Assembly: GCA_019425005.1 (NCBI GenBank)
Contig: JAHYYK010000004.1
Location: forward strand, 626 to 64,625
Source of the DNA: Collinsella sp.
GTDB taxonomy: Bacteria > Actinomycetota > Coriobacteriia > Coriobacteriales > Coriobacteriaceae
Direction of reading: 5' to 3'
Length of the DNA stretch: 64,000 nt
The position numbers and the translations under genes are program-made. Positions 40,100 to 49,852 of this stretch are shown here, one piece after another (within the stretch, counting starts at the first letter, position 1; each line of letters opens with the position of its first letter). The notes below the pieces were generated by a model, which had not been told where the DNA came from, made no database searches, and saw nothing but the letters and a program-made list of their open reading frames with translations.

Positions 40100-40401
40100 C
40101 AGTCTTCCTCGCTAACGACAATGCCGCCTTGGATAATCACGCGCTTGCCTTGGGCATCGTCAAAGAAAATCTCTTGGTCGTTCGATTCAATGTCGAACTT
40201 GCCGTGCCAGCTTTTGATCTCCTTGCCCGTGTTGTCGTAAAGCGTGACGGTACGGTTGATTCCACCGCTGAAATCGCTGCTCATGCTCTTGACCGAACGG
40301 CTGCACGATGAACATCCAGCCAGGCCGCAGACAATCACGATAGCCAGGACGGATACGACGAGGGCCGCGACGAACGCGACCCTACGCTTGGTAATATTCA
40401 T
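40099..40401 (-). CDS. Predicted phage lipoprotein
   Basis: Signal peptide with LAGC lipobox. Confidence 0.7.
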   Translation of the reverse strand: MNITKRRVAFVAALVVSVLAIVIVCGLAGCSSCSRSVKSMSSDFSGGINRTVTLYDNTGKEIKSWHGKFDIESNDQEIFFDDAQGKRVIIQGGIVVSEED

Positions 40402-40450
40402 TTGTTGGGTTCCTTTCTATTGAGGGAAATAATTGTTCCGGCATTTCCAG

Positions 40451-40750
40451 CTAGAGGTATCTCACCTTAATCCCGAGGTGCTCGCAGACGGTCTCGAATG
40501 CCTCTTGCGGTCCCATACCGCAGACGGTATCGACTTCGCTCCAACTGGTCACGCAGCCCCTCTTGCCGTCGTAGCGGAAGGCCATGCACTCGGAATCCAG
40601 CCTGAGAAGCCCTCAGTCTCGCTTCACCGTCCACTCGATGTAGTCGATGTAGTAGCCCATCTTGCGCTCATCCAGCAGATACCAGGTGGTGTGCCTGCCG
40701 ACATCGTTTGTCCAGACGCTCTTCTGCGTCAGCTTGTAGACGTCACCCAT
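40451..40750 (-). pseudogene. 99-codon phage gene with an internal in-frame TGA
   Basis: Frame open from ATG 40750 to TAG 40451 except for TGA at 40613-40615. Confidence 0.6.
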
Positions 40751-41075
40751 TTTTCTTCGGCCACACTCTCTTGCCGCATTGGGGGCACCAGTTCCACGTA
40801 CCGCTCACGTGGTAGTGCTCCTCGTCCTCGACCCTGCAGCCGCAAACGGAGCACTCGAAGCCGTTGTCGCAGGCACCGTATTCGTTTTCGTCGTAGACGT
40901 TGTAGCAGACGCCGTGGTCGATGAGGTCTGCGATATGCCCCATCACGGTGCGCCAGTCAGTAGCCGGCGCCTTGGTGATTCTGGCAAGTGCCCTCTGCAG
41001 ACTCTCACCGCCGAGCGAATCAACCGAACACAGTGCCAGCTTCTTCGCGATCTCGTCCAGTTCTTCGGTGGTCAT
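40743..41075 (-). CDS. Zinc-ribbon phage protein
   Basis: MTTEELDEIAK, ADLID, CSVCG, CPQCG. Confidence 0.7.
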   Translation of the reverse strand: MTTEELDEIAKKLALCSVDSLGGESLQRALARITKAPATDWRTVMGHIADLIDHGVCYNVYDENEYGACDNGFECSVCGCRVEDEEHYHVSGTWNWCPQCGKRVWPKKNG

Positions 41076-41449
41076 CGCTTGATCTCCTCCCCGCATTTCG
41101 GGCAATGAACCGGTTCGTAGGCCAGCATGTCTCCGAAGCCGATGTACTCCCAAAGTTGCCCGTCCCAATCGCAGCTTGAGCAGTGGAAGTAGCCGTCAGC
41201 CATCCGCTTGCCTGGAATAAACGGGTCTTGCTTGTGCTCGACAAGGTCGCGGCACATCGGACAGTCGATTAAATCGGCAAGAGCTCCCCAGTAATTCGCG
41301 TCACAGCTATCCAGTTGGCACAAAACCCATTTATCGCCGAACAGTCTCACACTGAGTGCCTTGCACTTATCACAGCTTTCGAATCCCTCGCAACAGCTGC
41401 GCAGGCGCAATTCTTTAGCTATCTCGCGCAATTCTTCATTGGTAATCAT
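41072..41449 (-). CDS. Zinc-ribbon phage protein (paralogue of the neighbour)
   Basis: MITNEELREIAK, ADLID, CSSC, CPKCG. Confidence 0.7.
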   Translation of the reverse strand: MITNEELREIAKELRLRSCCEGFESCDKCKALSVRLFGDKWVLCQLDSCDANYWGALADLIDCPMCRDLVEHKQDPFIPGKRMADGYFHCSSCDWDGQLWEYIGFGDMLAYEPVHCPKCGEEIKR

Positions 41450-41676
41450 TCGTCCACCTTCTCCACGAGGTCGCGCGGATCCATCCGCATTGCATCGGCG
41501 AGCGCGAAAAGGTTGCCCACGCGCATGTCTCGCTGGCAGCGGATGAGAGCGCTAAGCGCACCGGGCGTGATGCCAGCCATCTGCGCCAACTGCTTCTGCG
41601 TCAGGTCATGGTCGGCTAGGTAGCGCTTGACCACCTTCTTGCTGACCTTATATTTGGTCGATGCCTTGGCTGTCAT
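41446..41676 (-). CDS. XRE-family HTH protein
   Basis: LTQKQLAQMAGITPGALS. Confidence 0.8.
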   Translation of the reverse strand: MTAKASTKYKVSKKVVKRYLADHDLTQKQLAQMAGITPGALSALIRCQRDMRVGNLFALADAMRMDPRDLVEKVDE

Positions 41677-41951
41677 TCGCCCTCCTTCAGCTTGCGTCCG
41701 CAGAATGGGCAGTAACCGATGTCCTCGATGTAGGCGATCGCCGTCACGCCGGCACCGACGGTCTCTCCGCACGAGCCGTTGACTGAGACGTCGAGCTCCA
41801 CGCTGGTATCCAGTTCAACTCTGATGATCGGTTCGCCGTCGTATCGGCGCGTCATGGTCATGGAGCCTACAGACCAGCTTCGGACATCTCGGCCAGGCGC
41901 AGAATGAACCGACGCGATGCGCGGGCCTCCGCAGAAATAGCAGCTCATCAA
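41673..41951 (-). CDS. Zinc-ribbon phage protein
   Basis: CYFC...YCPFCGRKL. Confidence 0.7.
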   Translation of the reverse strand: MMSCYFCGGPRIASVHSAPGRDVRSWSVGSMTMTRRYDGEPIIRVELDTSVELDVSVNGSCGETVGAGVTAIAYIEDIGYCPFCGRKLKEGE

Positions 41952-42355
41952 TCCTCACCCCTCAGCTTGCGGATACGGTCGAGAACGTTCTCAAATGCAC
42001 GCTCGTCTCTATGCGCATCACAGTTAACGCTGCCATAAAGCGGACAACCGTTGCATTTGTTGGTGGCATTGAAGTATCGACAGCCCGTCGGAACAACATC
42101 GCGTTCTGCCGCTCTTCCCAAGTCCTCTTCCAGCTTCTCCCAGCTGTCAGGCGTGGTGAGGTGCAGTCTCGTCGCTACGACTTGATGCGTAGAGGTCGAT
42201 GAACCAAAATGCCCAAAGAACCACCATTCATCGGTCACACGTATATACATGAATTTGTCAGTGAAAAATTCGGTTCCATCACTGTCGTACAGTACTTGGG
42301 TGTCCAGCGGAATCTCGCGGCCCTCGGTATCTTTTGGTAACTCGATATTCGCCAT
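41948..42355 (-). CDS. Hypothetical phage protein
   Basis: LPKDTEGREIP N-terminus, similar to the upstream gene; Cys cluster. Confidence 0.65.
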   Translation of the reverse strand: MANIELPKDTEGREIPLDTQVLYDSDGTEFFTDKFMYIRVTDEWWFFGHFGSSTSTHQVVATRLHLTTPDSWEKLEEDLGRAAERDVVPTGCRYFNATNKCNGCPLYGSVNCDAHRDERAFENVLDRIRKLRGED

Positions 42356-42360
42356 TGCTA

Positions 42361-42816
42361 TCACCTATCTAGCCCAAGCAGTACAAAGGATAGGTCGCGG
42401 TAAATGAGGATGCTGCCGCGAACCTTCACGGTCATTAGCTTCCCAAGGCTGCACATCCTGTAGACGGTCCTCAGGCTCACGTTGAAAGCCTCGGCCCATT
42501 CGTTGGGCGTTGCATACTCGGGGAGCGTGGATAGATTTACGCCCTTGTTGGCCTGTGCTGCATTCTGCGGGGTTGTCTTCTTGGGCCTGTTTACCAAAAC
42601 GTCCTCGGCCCTGTACTCCGCGACCTTCTTCTTGCTTTCGAGATACAGCTTGTTGGTCTCGATGCACTCACTTCCGCTTCGCGCGAACCACCTTCTGGGT
42701 CTCGCCTCGAAAAAGAAATCAGACACATGAAACTGGTTACCGTTCTCGCGGTACATCATGGTTGTGCCGAACGGGACGATCGCACCGCTCGCGTCCTTCG
42801 GTAATCCAATCGCCAT
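42361..42816 (-). CDS. Phage protein with C-terminal HTH_17/excisionase-like domain
   Basis: TPNEWAEAFNVSLRTVYRM...KVRG. Confidence 0.65.
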   Translation of the reverse strand: MAIGLPKDASGAIVPFGTTMMYRENGNQFHVSDFFFEARPRRWFARSGSECIETNKLYLESKKKVAEYRAEDVLVNRPKKTTPQNAAQANKGVNLSTLPEYATPNEWAEAFNVSLRTVYRMCSLGKLMTVKVRGSILIYRDLSFVLLGLDR

Positions 42817-42817
42817 C

Positions 42818-44425
42818 TTACTCACTCCTTTCACTCGGTACGTACGTCGCAGGGTTTACGCCGTTTGGGATTCGCCAGCCACTTGCGCTGATCCGGGAAA
42901 TCATCGAGCTTGCCGCATCCAGAGACCACGTGCCGACATGCTTGAATCCTCGGCGCTCGAGTAGGCGGATCTGTTTTGGTGAGCTAAGTCCGCTGTCACG
43001 GCGCTTCTTCACTCGGTCGAGTAGCTTGCTTGCCTTGCCGGCGTTGGAGATCTCTGAAGCGTCGATGCCGTACTTCTCGAGCGCGGCCTTCTGCTTGTCG
43101 GTGGCTGGTGCCATCTCCCAGGCGAACTCGGGGATGTATCCGCTCAGGTCCTCTGCGGCGATTGACATCTCGTACTGCAGCGGGTTGACCAGCTTGGCCT
43201 TCTTCTTGCGCTGCTCCGCGAGCTGCTGCGCAAGCGCCTCCTCGCGTTCCTTCACCACCTCGTCCGATGCCTTGCTCTCGACCTGCTGCAGGTCTACCGG
43301 GCATCCGGCCTGCTCGACCATGGCGGTCATCTTCTGCGCGACCTCCCGAGAGCCCGTAATGAGCGCTGCAGGGCGAACCAACTCCAAACGCTCGGTCATC
43401 CACAGGAAGTCGAGCAGCAGCAGGTCGGTCTTGCCCGTTTCAGGGGACAGGCGCGTGCCGCGACCCACTATCTGTGCGTAGAGTGCTCGGCTCTTGGTCG
43501 GTCGCAGGTTGACTATGCAGTCGACGCTCGGGCAGTCCCACCCTTCCGTCAGGAGAAGCGAGTTGCACAGAACGTCATATTTGCCGTCATCGAAGTCTTT
43601 CAGGATCTGCGCGCGGTCCTCGCTCTGCCCGTTGACCTCCACGGCGCGGAATCCGCATTCGTTGAGCAGGCGGCAGAACTTCTGGCTGGTCTTGATGAGC
43701 GGCAGGAACACGACCGTCTTGCGCTCCTCGAGCCCGGCGTTTTTCATCTCCTGGGCGATCTGCGGCAGGTACGGGTCGAGCGCCGTGCCCAGCTCGTCTG
43801 CTGCCAAGTCGCCAGAGCGAACGGAGACGTTTGAAATGTCGAGCTTGAGCGGCACGGTCTGCGCCTTGATCGGGCACAGATAGCCGTCCTTGATGGCCTC
43901 GGGCATGTTGTACTCGAATGCCAGGGAATCGAATACCTTGCCGAGGTTCTGGCGGTCGCCTCGGTCTGCCGTCGCCGTCACGCCCAGTACCTTAGCACCG
44001 GCAAAGTAGTCGAGCACCGCCTGGTAGCTCGATGAGACGGCATGATGGCACTCGTCGATGAGGATGTGCGTGAACCTGTCCCTGCCGAGCGCCCGAAGGC
44101 GCTTCTCGCGGCACAGGGTCTGGACGGAGCCGACCGTCACGCGCTCGAATGTCCCCACGCTCGTGTCCTCGGCCTTTTCGACCGAGCAGCGCAGGCCCGT
44201 GGATGATTGCAGCTTGTCGGCTGCCTGCTGGAGCAGCTCGCCGCGGTGGGCAAGAATGAGGACGCGACCGCCATCGCGGACCGCGTCCTCTGTGACACCG
44301 GCCATGACGATTGTCTTGCCGGTGCCCGTTGCCTGAACGAGGAGCGTTGCGCGGTCTCCCGCTTCCCAGCGCTCCTCGATTGCGGCTATGGCCTGCTCCT
44401 GATAGGGACGCAGGTTGAACTTCAT
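42818..44425 (-). CDS. SF2 DExH helicase
   Basis: LRPYQ, ATGTGKT, DECH, TAT, QIVGRGTR. Confidence 0.93.
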   Translation of the reverse strand: MKFNLRPYQEQAIAAIEERWEAGDRATLLVQATGTGKTIVMAGVTEDAVRDGGRVLILAHRGELLQQAADKLQSSTGLRCSVEKAEDTSVGTFERVTVGSVQTLCREKRLRALGRDRFTHILIDECHHAVSSSYQAVLDYFAGAKVLGVTATADRGDRQNLGKVFDSLAFEYNMPEAIKDGYLCPIKAQTVPLKLDISNVSVRSGDLAADELGTALDPYLPQIAQEMKNAGLEERKTVVFLPLIKTSQKFCRLLNECGFRAVEVNGQSEDRAQILKDFDDGKYDVLCNSLLLTEGWDCPSVDCIVNLRPTKSRALYAQIVGRGTRLSPETGKTDLLLLDFLWMTERLELVRPAALITGSREVAQKMTAMVEQAGCPVDLQQVESKASDEVVKEREEALAQQLAEQRKKKAKLVNPLQYEMSIAAEDLSGYIPEFAWEMAPATDKQKAALEKYGIDASEISNAGKASKLLDRVKKRRDSGLSSPKQIRLLERRGFKHVGTWSLDAASSMISRISASGWRIPNGVNPATYVPSERSE

Positions 44426-44428
44426 GCC

Positions 44429-44965
44429 TTAGAAGCCCCCGTTCTGCGCGGCCTGCGCCTGCTGGAATGTCTGGTTGATCATGCCCTGCAATGCAGGTGA
44501 GACGGGCTCGGGGTTGGCGCTGCCGTAGACGTGCTGCTGGGGTGCCGCGGCCTGTACATCGGGCTTCATCCACTCGGAGATCTCGTTGTAGGTCTTGTCC
44601 TTGTACTCGTGGGTGCCGACCTTGATTGTGCAGCGGCGGCCGACTGCGTCGACCCAATCCATCTCCAGCTTCTGCTCCTTGGGGGCATCGACCGCTCGCA
44701 TTCCGATTGAGACGAAGAACTGGGTGATCTTCCAGGCGCTCTTGGAATTCAGGAACAGGCGGTCGGAGAGCACGCGACCGTTGTCCAGGCGGACGTTCAC
44801 CTTGGCGATGGGGCAGGCGCACATCTTGTCGCTGCCGTTGAACTGCTGGCGCTCGACGTTCTCGACCGTCGCCAGGTACTCACCGGGCTCCATAAGCTCG
44901 AACTCGTTCTCCACAGCATCGATTTCGCCGTCCCAACCAAAGGACTGACCCATGTCGTTTGCCAT
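44429..44965 (-). CDS. Phage single-stranded DNA-binding protein (DUF669-like)
   Basis: Follows the Sak4-like gene; PGEY...GRR..IKV..Y..YNEI. Confidence 0.7.
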   Translation of the reverse strand: MANDMGQSFGWDGEIDAVENEFELMEPGEYLATVENVERQQFNGSDKMCACPIAKVNVRLDNGRVLSDRLFLNSKSAWKITQFFVSIGMRAVDAPKEQKLEMDWVDAVGRRCTIKVGTHEYKDKTYNEISEWMKPDVQAAAPQQHVYGSANPEPVSPALQGMINQTFQQAQAAQNGGF

Positions 44966-44968
44966 TTC

Positions 44969-46042
44969 TTACTCCTTTCGACCGGCTGCCATGCCGGAAT
45001 TGATGTACTCGCGCATCCCGTCCCACACCGCGACGAGGAAGTTTGCGAAATCCTCGGGCAGCGAATCGACCGGCGTGCCCTCGGGGAAATAACCGCGCTT
45101 GAAGATAGCTTCGCTCACCGTATCCGCACTTATACCGTCACGCTGCATCAGGTCGTAGAGCGGCTTGAGATATGCCGGGCGCTCCGGCTCGAACGGGTCT
45201 GGGATGTTTCGCGCCTGCTCGATCTGCTCGGGCGTGACCGTGGAGACGTTGACCGTCTCGACCGCCTGCTGCTGCACCTGCGGCTGCTGCCGTGCGAGCT
45301 GCGGGACGGGGATGAACGGTGCCAGCTGCTGGTACTCCATGGGGACCTCGTCCGGCAGGCCCCAGCGGTTCTTGGCATCCCACGTGGCGGCATGCGAGCA
45401 GTAGAGCATTCGGTTCTTTCCGCCCTGGGCCTTGCCGACCTTACCGTCCTTGCTTGTGGTGATGACGATGGTCTTGTAGTTGGCGAACAAAACTGCGTCC
45501 GCCCACTCCTTGAGCATCGCCGCGACGCTGGCCTTCTTGCCGTCGATGAGCTTCAGGCCCCAGCGGTCGTATGCCCCCATCTCATCTGGCTGCTCGAACT
45601 TGCTGATGATGGCATGGGCGGTCACGACCACGTTGCAGCCGCGCTCGCACACCTCGCTCAGCAGGTTCAGCAGCTTTCCGAAGCGCTCGGTCACGTAGGT
45701 GTAGCCCTTGCCGTAGCCGGCGTCCTCGATGCTCTTGTAGCCCATGGCGTTGCACACGTCATCGACCGCCAGCTTCTGCGCCCAGTCGGCGGTGTCCAGA
45801 ACAAGCGTCCCGCCGCACTCCTCGGGGTAATCGCGAATCCACGTGACCTCATCGAGCAGCATCTGCCAGCTCGTGGGGGCCGGCAGGCGCGGTACGTCCA
45901 AGTAGTCGGACGAGCTTTCGGTATCGATGAACAGGGGGCTTGGGAATTGAGCCGCCAGCGTCGTCTTGCCGACGCCCTCGGGGCCGTAGATGACGACCTT
46001 CTGTGGGCGAAGGCGCTGGCCGCGGGTGATCTGGAACGTCAT
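44969..46042 (-). CDS. Sak4-like AAA_24 ATPase/annealase
   Basis: YGPEGVGKT, LVLDTADW, GYGKGY, EWAD, AKNR. Confidence 0.88.
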   Translation of the reverse strand: MTFQITRGQRLRPQKVVIYGPEGVGKTTLAAQFPSPLFIDTESSSDYLDVPRLPAPTSWQMLLDEVTWIRDYPEECGGTLVLDTADWAQKLAVDDVCNAMGYKSIEDAGYGKGYTYVTERFGKLLNLLSEVCERGCNVVVTAHAIISKFEQPDEMGAYDRWGLKLIDGKKASVAAMLKEWADAVLFANYKTIVITTSKDGKVGKAQGGKNRMLYCSHAATWDAKNRWGLPDEVPMEYQQLAPFIPVPQLARQQPQVQQQAVETVNVSTVTPEQIEQARNIPDPFEPERPAYLKPLYDLMQRDGISADTVSEAIFKRGYFPEGTPVDSLPEDFANFLVAVWDGMREYINSGMAAGRKE

Positions 46043-47448
46043 TAGAAGCTACCTCCAAATTTCATGGCAGCGGGAATCTTGACCTCGGGAATCTCGACTT
46101 CGGGAATCTCGACCTTAAACTCAGGCATCTCGGCCTTCAGCTGTCCTACGCCCTCGACCACGCGCCCGTCCTCGATGATGACCGAGCAGGTGTCATCCGT
46201 TGCCACGCGGGTGCCGATGACCTGAAGGCCCTCGGATTCGGCCCAGGCACCGAACTCGGCGAGCGTCTGGGCGTCCATCTGCTCAAGCTTGTCGACCAGG
46301 ACGAACCCGCACTCGGGCTTGAGCGAGCGAACGACCGCCGTCGCCACGCGCAGCTGCTCCGCACCGCTCATGTCCGACCAGACCGCGCCGTTGTACACCA
46401 GCTTGCCGTCCTCGACCGTCAGGCCGTCCAGCGGCATCTTGGCGGTCTCGAGCAGCTTCTTGCGCTGGTCCTCGACCGCATTGACCTCGCTGTTGCAGCT
46501 CTGGTAATCGTCGTTAAGGGATTCGGCATCCTTCAGCGCCTGCTTGCGGCGCTCGTTCGCCTCGACCTTCTGGTTGAGCGCATCAATGTTGGCGATGCTC
46601 TGCTCGATCTCATCGGTCTTCTCGTCCTCGAGGTCGGCGGCATCCTTGAGCGCAGTCTGGTAGTCCTCGGTGAGCTTCATCAGCTCTTCGGTCTTGCGCT
46701 TCAGCTCCTCGTTGAGCGACATGATCTGGCTGTTGAGGCTGTCGCACAGCATGTTCAGGTTGTCGCGCTGCTGCTTGATGATGCCGACCTTGGCGCGCTT
46801 GCGCTGGTTCTCGCCGTTCTTGGCGAGAATCGCCTGCTGCTGTTCGATGAGTTCCGCAGGCGACACGCGGTGGTCGGGGGCATCGGGGAAGAACGGCATC
46901 TCCTCGGCGATCTTATCCTTGGCGCGCTTGCGCTGACCGATGTCTAGGCGCTCGTTCTTCAGTTCGCCGAGCTTCTTGTCCAGCTCATCCAACTCGCCGC
47001 CGATGCCGATGATTCGAAGCAGTTCCTGTGCCTTCTCGTTGTCGGTCATGACCATGAACTTCGGCAGGTCGATTGCGAGCTCCTCGATGAAGCTGTCGAG
47101 AAGCTTTTGGCCTGCCTTCTTGCCGGATGGGTCGGTCACCGTGAGCGATGCGTTCTTGCCCGAGCGCTCGACCACGAGGCCGTTGCTCAGTTCCACGTGC
47201 AGCTTCGCGGGTGTCGCGCTGCCCTCGCGGTTGGGCTTGGACGGCTGCTTGCGCTTGCCGCCGAGCGCCCACGAGATTGCATCGACCACGCTGGTCTTGC
47301 CCTGGCCGTTTCGACCGCCGATTACGGTCAGGCCGTTCTCGGTCGGACGGAGCGCCACGGCCCTGATGCGCTTGACGTTCTCGAGCTCAAGCGCCGAGAT
47401 CTTCACGGGCTCGGGCTTCGCCTGAACCTGTTCCACAGTCTCTTCCAT
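46042..47448 (-). CDS. SMC-like AAA ATPase with coiled coil
   Basis: ENVKRI, GRNGQGKT, MSGAEQ, VLVDKLE. Confidence 0.85.
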   Translation of the reverse strand: MEETVEQVQAKPEPVKISALELENVKRIRAVALRPTENGLTVIGGRNGQGKTSVVDAISWALGGKRKQPSKPNREGSATPAKLHVELSNGLVVERSGKNASLTVTDPSGKKAGQKLLDSFIEELAIDLPKFMVMTDNEKAQELLRIIGIGGELDELDKKLGELKNERLDIGQRKRAKDKIAEEMPFFPDAPDHRVSPAELIEQQQAILAKNGENQRKRAKVGIIKQQRDNLNMLCDSLNSQIMSLNEELKRKTEELMKLTEDYQTALKDAADLEDEKTDEIEQSIANIDALNQKVEANERRKQALKDAESLNDDYQSCNSEVNAVEDQRKKLLETAKMPLDGLTVEDGKLVYNGAVWSDMSGAEQLRVATAVVRSLKPECGFVLVDKLEQMDAQTLAEFGAWAESEGLQVIGTRVATDDTCSVIIEDGRVVEGVGQLKAEMPEFKVEIPEVEIPEVKIPAAMKFGGSF

Positions 47449-47905
47449 TGTTCTTTTCCTTCTCTCTTTGCAGGCGCTTTCTCGCATCGCGCCTGCGCTT
47501 CTTTTCCCTTTGGTACTCGGCCTCGGCCTTTTTCTCGTCCATGCCCTCACGGATTGCCTCCGCCTGCCTTCGTCTCCAGCAGGCTGGACAGAGCCCCATT
47601 CGCCCGGCATGGGAGTTGGGGCGCACGTCCCACTTCCCGCACGAGATGCAGCGGTGCATCCCCGATTCGGGGTATTTGCCTAGGTTGATTCCGAGCACCC
47701 TCTTGGCATGCTTCTTAATGGCTTCGGGAGACCTCGGCCATCCACGGCCTGTCATCATCTCCGACAGCAGCAGATAGCCGTCCATCCTGTGCGTCCTGAT
47801 GTATCTGTCCTCGTCAGAGCGCCAGAAATATGAGTTGTCCCTTTTTCGAGGGACAACTACCCCCGATTCCACATTTTCTCCATTGTTTTCGGTCGGTTCC
47901 GTCAT
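47387..47905 (-). CDS. Hypothetical phage protein with zinc finger
   Basis: CISCG...CPACW, basic C-terminus. Confidence 0.6.
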   Translation of the reverse strand: MTEPTENNGENVESGVVVPRKRDNSYFWRSDEDRYIRTHRMDGYLLLSEMMTGRGWPRSPEAIKKHAKRVLGINLGKYPESGMHRCISCGKWDVRPNSHAGRMGLCPACWRRRQAEAIREGMDEKKAEAEYQREKKRRRDARKRLQREKEKNNGRDCGTGSGEARAREDLGA

Positions 47906-48114
47906 TGCAGGGCTCCGATGACATAGAGACGCTTGATCTCCCGCATCGCAGCATCCTTGTCCGCAGATTTGCTGACGTTGACCAGTAGATGGCGGGAGCG
48001 GACGATTCCGGTCGCGCTGCCCCTCGTTGGGCCCTTCTCGACGAACTTGGTCGCGAACCAGCTGCCGTCTCGACCGCGCTCGGCGGTCCATCCAAAGAAG
48101 CCGACCATCGGCAC
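47902..48114 (-). CDS. Hypothetical phage protein
   Basis: 70 aa, GGAGG Shine-Dalgarno, coupled to the next gene. Confidence 0.55.
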   Translation of the reverse strand: MPMVGFFGWTAERGRDGSWFATKFVEKGPTRGSATGIVRSRHLLVNVSKSADKDAAMREIKRLYVIGALQ

Positions 48115-48117
48115 CTC

Positions 48118-48267
48118 CTAGTAGTACATGCCGCTCGGAGCGGTGCCCTCGAGCCATCCCGCGAAGATGAGCCCCGCGATAAGGACGGTCGAGACGATGG
48201 CGTTGCGCAGCTTCGGGTTGAGCCGCATCCAGCGGTCCGACAGGAAATCGAAAACCTTAACGGCCAT
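48118..48267 (-). CDS. Small membrane protein (49 aa)
   Basis: MAVKVFDFLSDRWMRLNPKLRNAIVSTVLIAGLIFAGWLEGTAPSGMYY. Confidence 0.6.
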   Translation of the reverse strand: MAVKVFDFLSDRWMRLNPKLRNAIVSTVLIAGLIFAGWLEGTAPSGMYY

Positions 48268-48586
48268 CGGAGCGTCCCTCCATCCACTTGTCGACATCGA
48301 CCACTCTTATGAGCGCATTCCTGCTGCCGACCGTCTTGAACGGCAGTCGACCAGCCTTGTTCTCCGCATAAAGGGTGCTTGCCGAGACCCCCGTATACTT
48401 GGACGTCTCGGAGACGGTGTAGGCCATCTGCGGTTGCAGACCCGCCCTGACGGCGAACTTGAGCGCCTGCGATCCGCAGTACGGTTCGAGGTCTTCGAGC
48501 TGGTTGCGCAACTTCTCCGCCGCCGTATCCATCGACTGCTGGAACTCGCTGAGCGGATTGGCCCAGGCGCTTTTGGTATGATTCAT
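48257..48586 (-). CDS. Excisionase-like HTH protein
   Basis: YTVSETSKYTGVSASTLY..AGRL...LIRVVDVDKWM; AAGGAGG Shine-Dalgarno. Confidence 0.75.
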   Translation of the reverse strand: MNHTKSAWANPLSEFQQSMDTAAEKLRNQLEDLEPYCGSQALKFAVRAGLQPQMAYTVSETSKYTGVSASTLYAENKAGRLPFKTVGSRNALIRVVDVDKWMEGRSDGR

Positions 48587-49157
48587 GCGTCCACCTCCTT
48601 TGGTGGGTGTTTGCCTGTGGCTCCCGTTCACTCCCCTGCGTTCCAATTCAAAGGAGTGTTCTCGGAGCCACTCTTCTTTTCTCAGCGCCTTGGGGTGCAC
48701 ATCCAAGTGGTAACGGACGGACAGAGAACGAATCGAGAACTTACGACGTCTTGATTCGCGGATGCGCACCGCACGACGCTGAGACTTGCTGCCAGGCATC
48801 GCACCTGACTGTCTGGCTTTTCAACGGAGCCAGCTGCCGAGCCATTGCAGCCGTCACAGGCTCCCCCTGCTCACGGCAAATGGCGGATGCGGTTATCAAA
48901 GGTCGCTCCATTCATCCGCTGCGCGCCCGTCTTGTCAGGCGGAACAGCTTGGCATGGGAGACTGCTGCGTTCCATGTCGCATAGGGTTGCCTGCCGGCGA
49001 CACAGGTACCGCCTTGCGATCGGCGTCAAGGAGAAGGCCAAAAAGCCCAGCGCCGATGGAGACGGGTGCGGAGCGGATGAACAGAAGTGCGCTATCTACC
49101 AGCGCAAACATTCAGCGGGGGAAATCGGAATCATCTACGAGGCCGCCATACTCAAAC

Positions 49158-49280
49158 TCATAAGCATCCTTCTAGGGCTTTGACCAAAAGCAAGAGGAAC
49201 AGGACGGCTAAAAGTACGATGACGTTGAGAAACAGGCAGTAGTTGAAGCCCTTCTCAAAGTCTGGAGACCTGCGTCTCAC
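49158..49280 (-). CDS. Small membrane protein (40 aa)
   Basis: GTGA overlap with the upstream stop; hydrophobic VIVLLAVLFLLLLV. Confidence 0.5.
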   Translation of the reverse strand: MRRRSPDFEKGFNYCLFLNVIVLLAVLFLLLLVKALEGCL

Positions 49281-49429
49281 AGCCTGTTCGCCTCTTTCAA
49301 GATGGCAGCGTTCAGCTCGGCGGCAGCATCGAGGTATTCGTCCATGAGGGCGTCGGCGTGCATCCAGTCGGCTTCCATGAAAGCCTCGTAGGCATCGCGC
49401 TCGCGCTTCTTAAGCTCCTCAATCGACAT
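49277..49429 (-). CDS. Small acidic helical protein (50 aa)
   Basis: MSIEELKKRERDAYEAFMEADW...; purine-rich Shine-Dalgarno. Confidence 0.6.
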   Translation of the reverse strand: MSIEELKKRERDAYEAFMEADWMHADALMDEYLDAAAELNAAILKEANRL

Positions 49430-49571
49430 TTCCTTCTCCTTCTTTTTGGTCTCGGGGAATGAGACGCTTTTCTATGTCGTCGACTTTTATCTGAATGCGG
49501 ACAACCTCAAATAACAGGGCCACGCACATGCCGGCACAGAAGTTGAGCGTCCATTGGATCGTGTCAGGCAT
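49419..49571 (-). CDS. Small protein with a hydrophobic segment (50 aa)
   Basis: MPDTIQWTLNFCAGMCVALLFEVVRI...; GGAGG Shine-Dalgarno. Confidence 0.5.
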   Translation of the reverse strand: MPDTIQWTLNFCAGMCVALLFEVVRIQIKVDDIEKRLIPRDQKEGEGNVD

Positions 49572-49623
49572 CCATTCCTCCTTCCCTTTGCCTTTTGATG
49601 GATAGTTGGGGCATTTGGGCGGG

Positions 49624-49836
49624 CTAGTTCGAACGAGAAGTTCGCTCGTCAGTCAACCCGAGCAGGTAGTCAACCGAGCAGCGGAAGAGCTCAGACATAA
49701 GAACGAGTTTCGAGCTTGGAATGTCTCCTCCGTTTTCCCAGCTAGCTACTGAGGAGCGCGTCTTTAACCCAAGTTGATTAGCCAAATCGCCCTGACTTAA
49801 ACCGAGCCGAACTCGCTCACTAGCAATTGCATTCAA
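49624..49836 (-). CDS. Cro-like XRE HTH regulator
   Basis: LSQGDLA..SWENG..SVDYLLG; first gene of the lytic operon. Confidence 0.85.
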   Translation of the reverse strand: MNAIASERVRLGLSQGDLANQLGLKTRSSVASWENGGDIPSSKLVLMSELFRCSVDYLLGLTDERTSRSN

Positions 49837-49852
49837 TAGAATCCCTCCTTAG

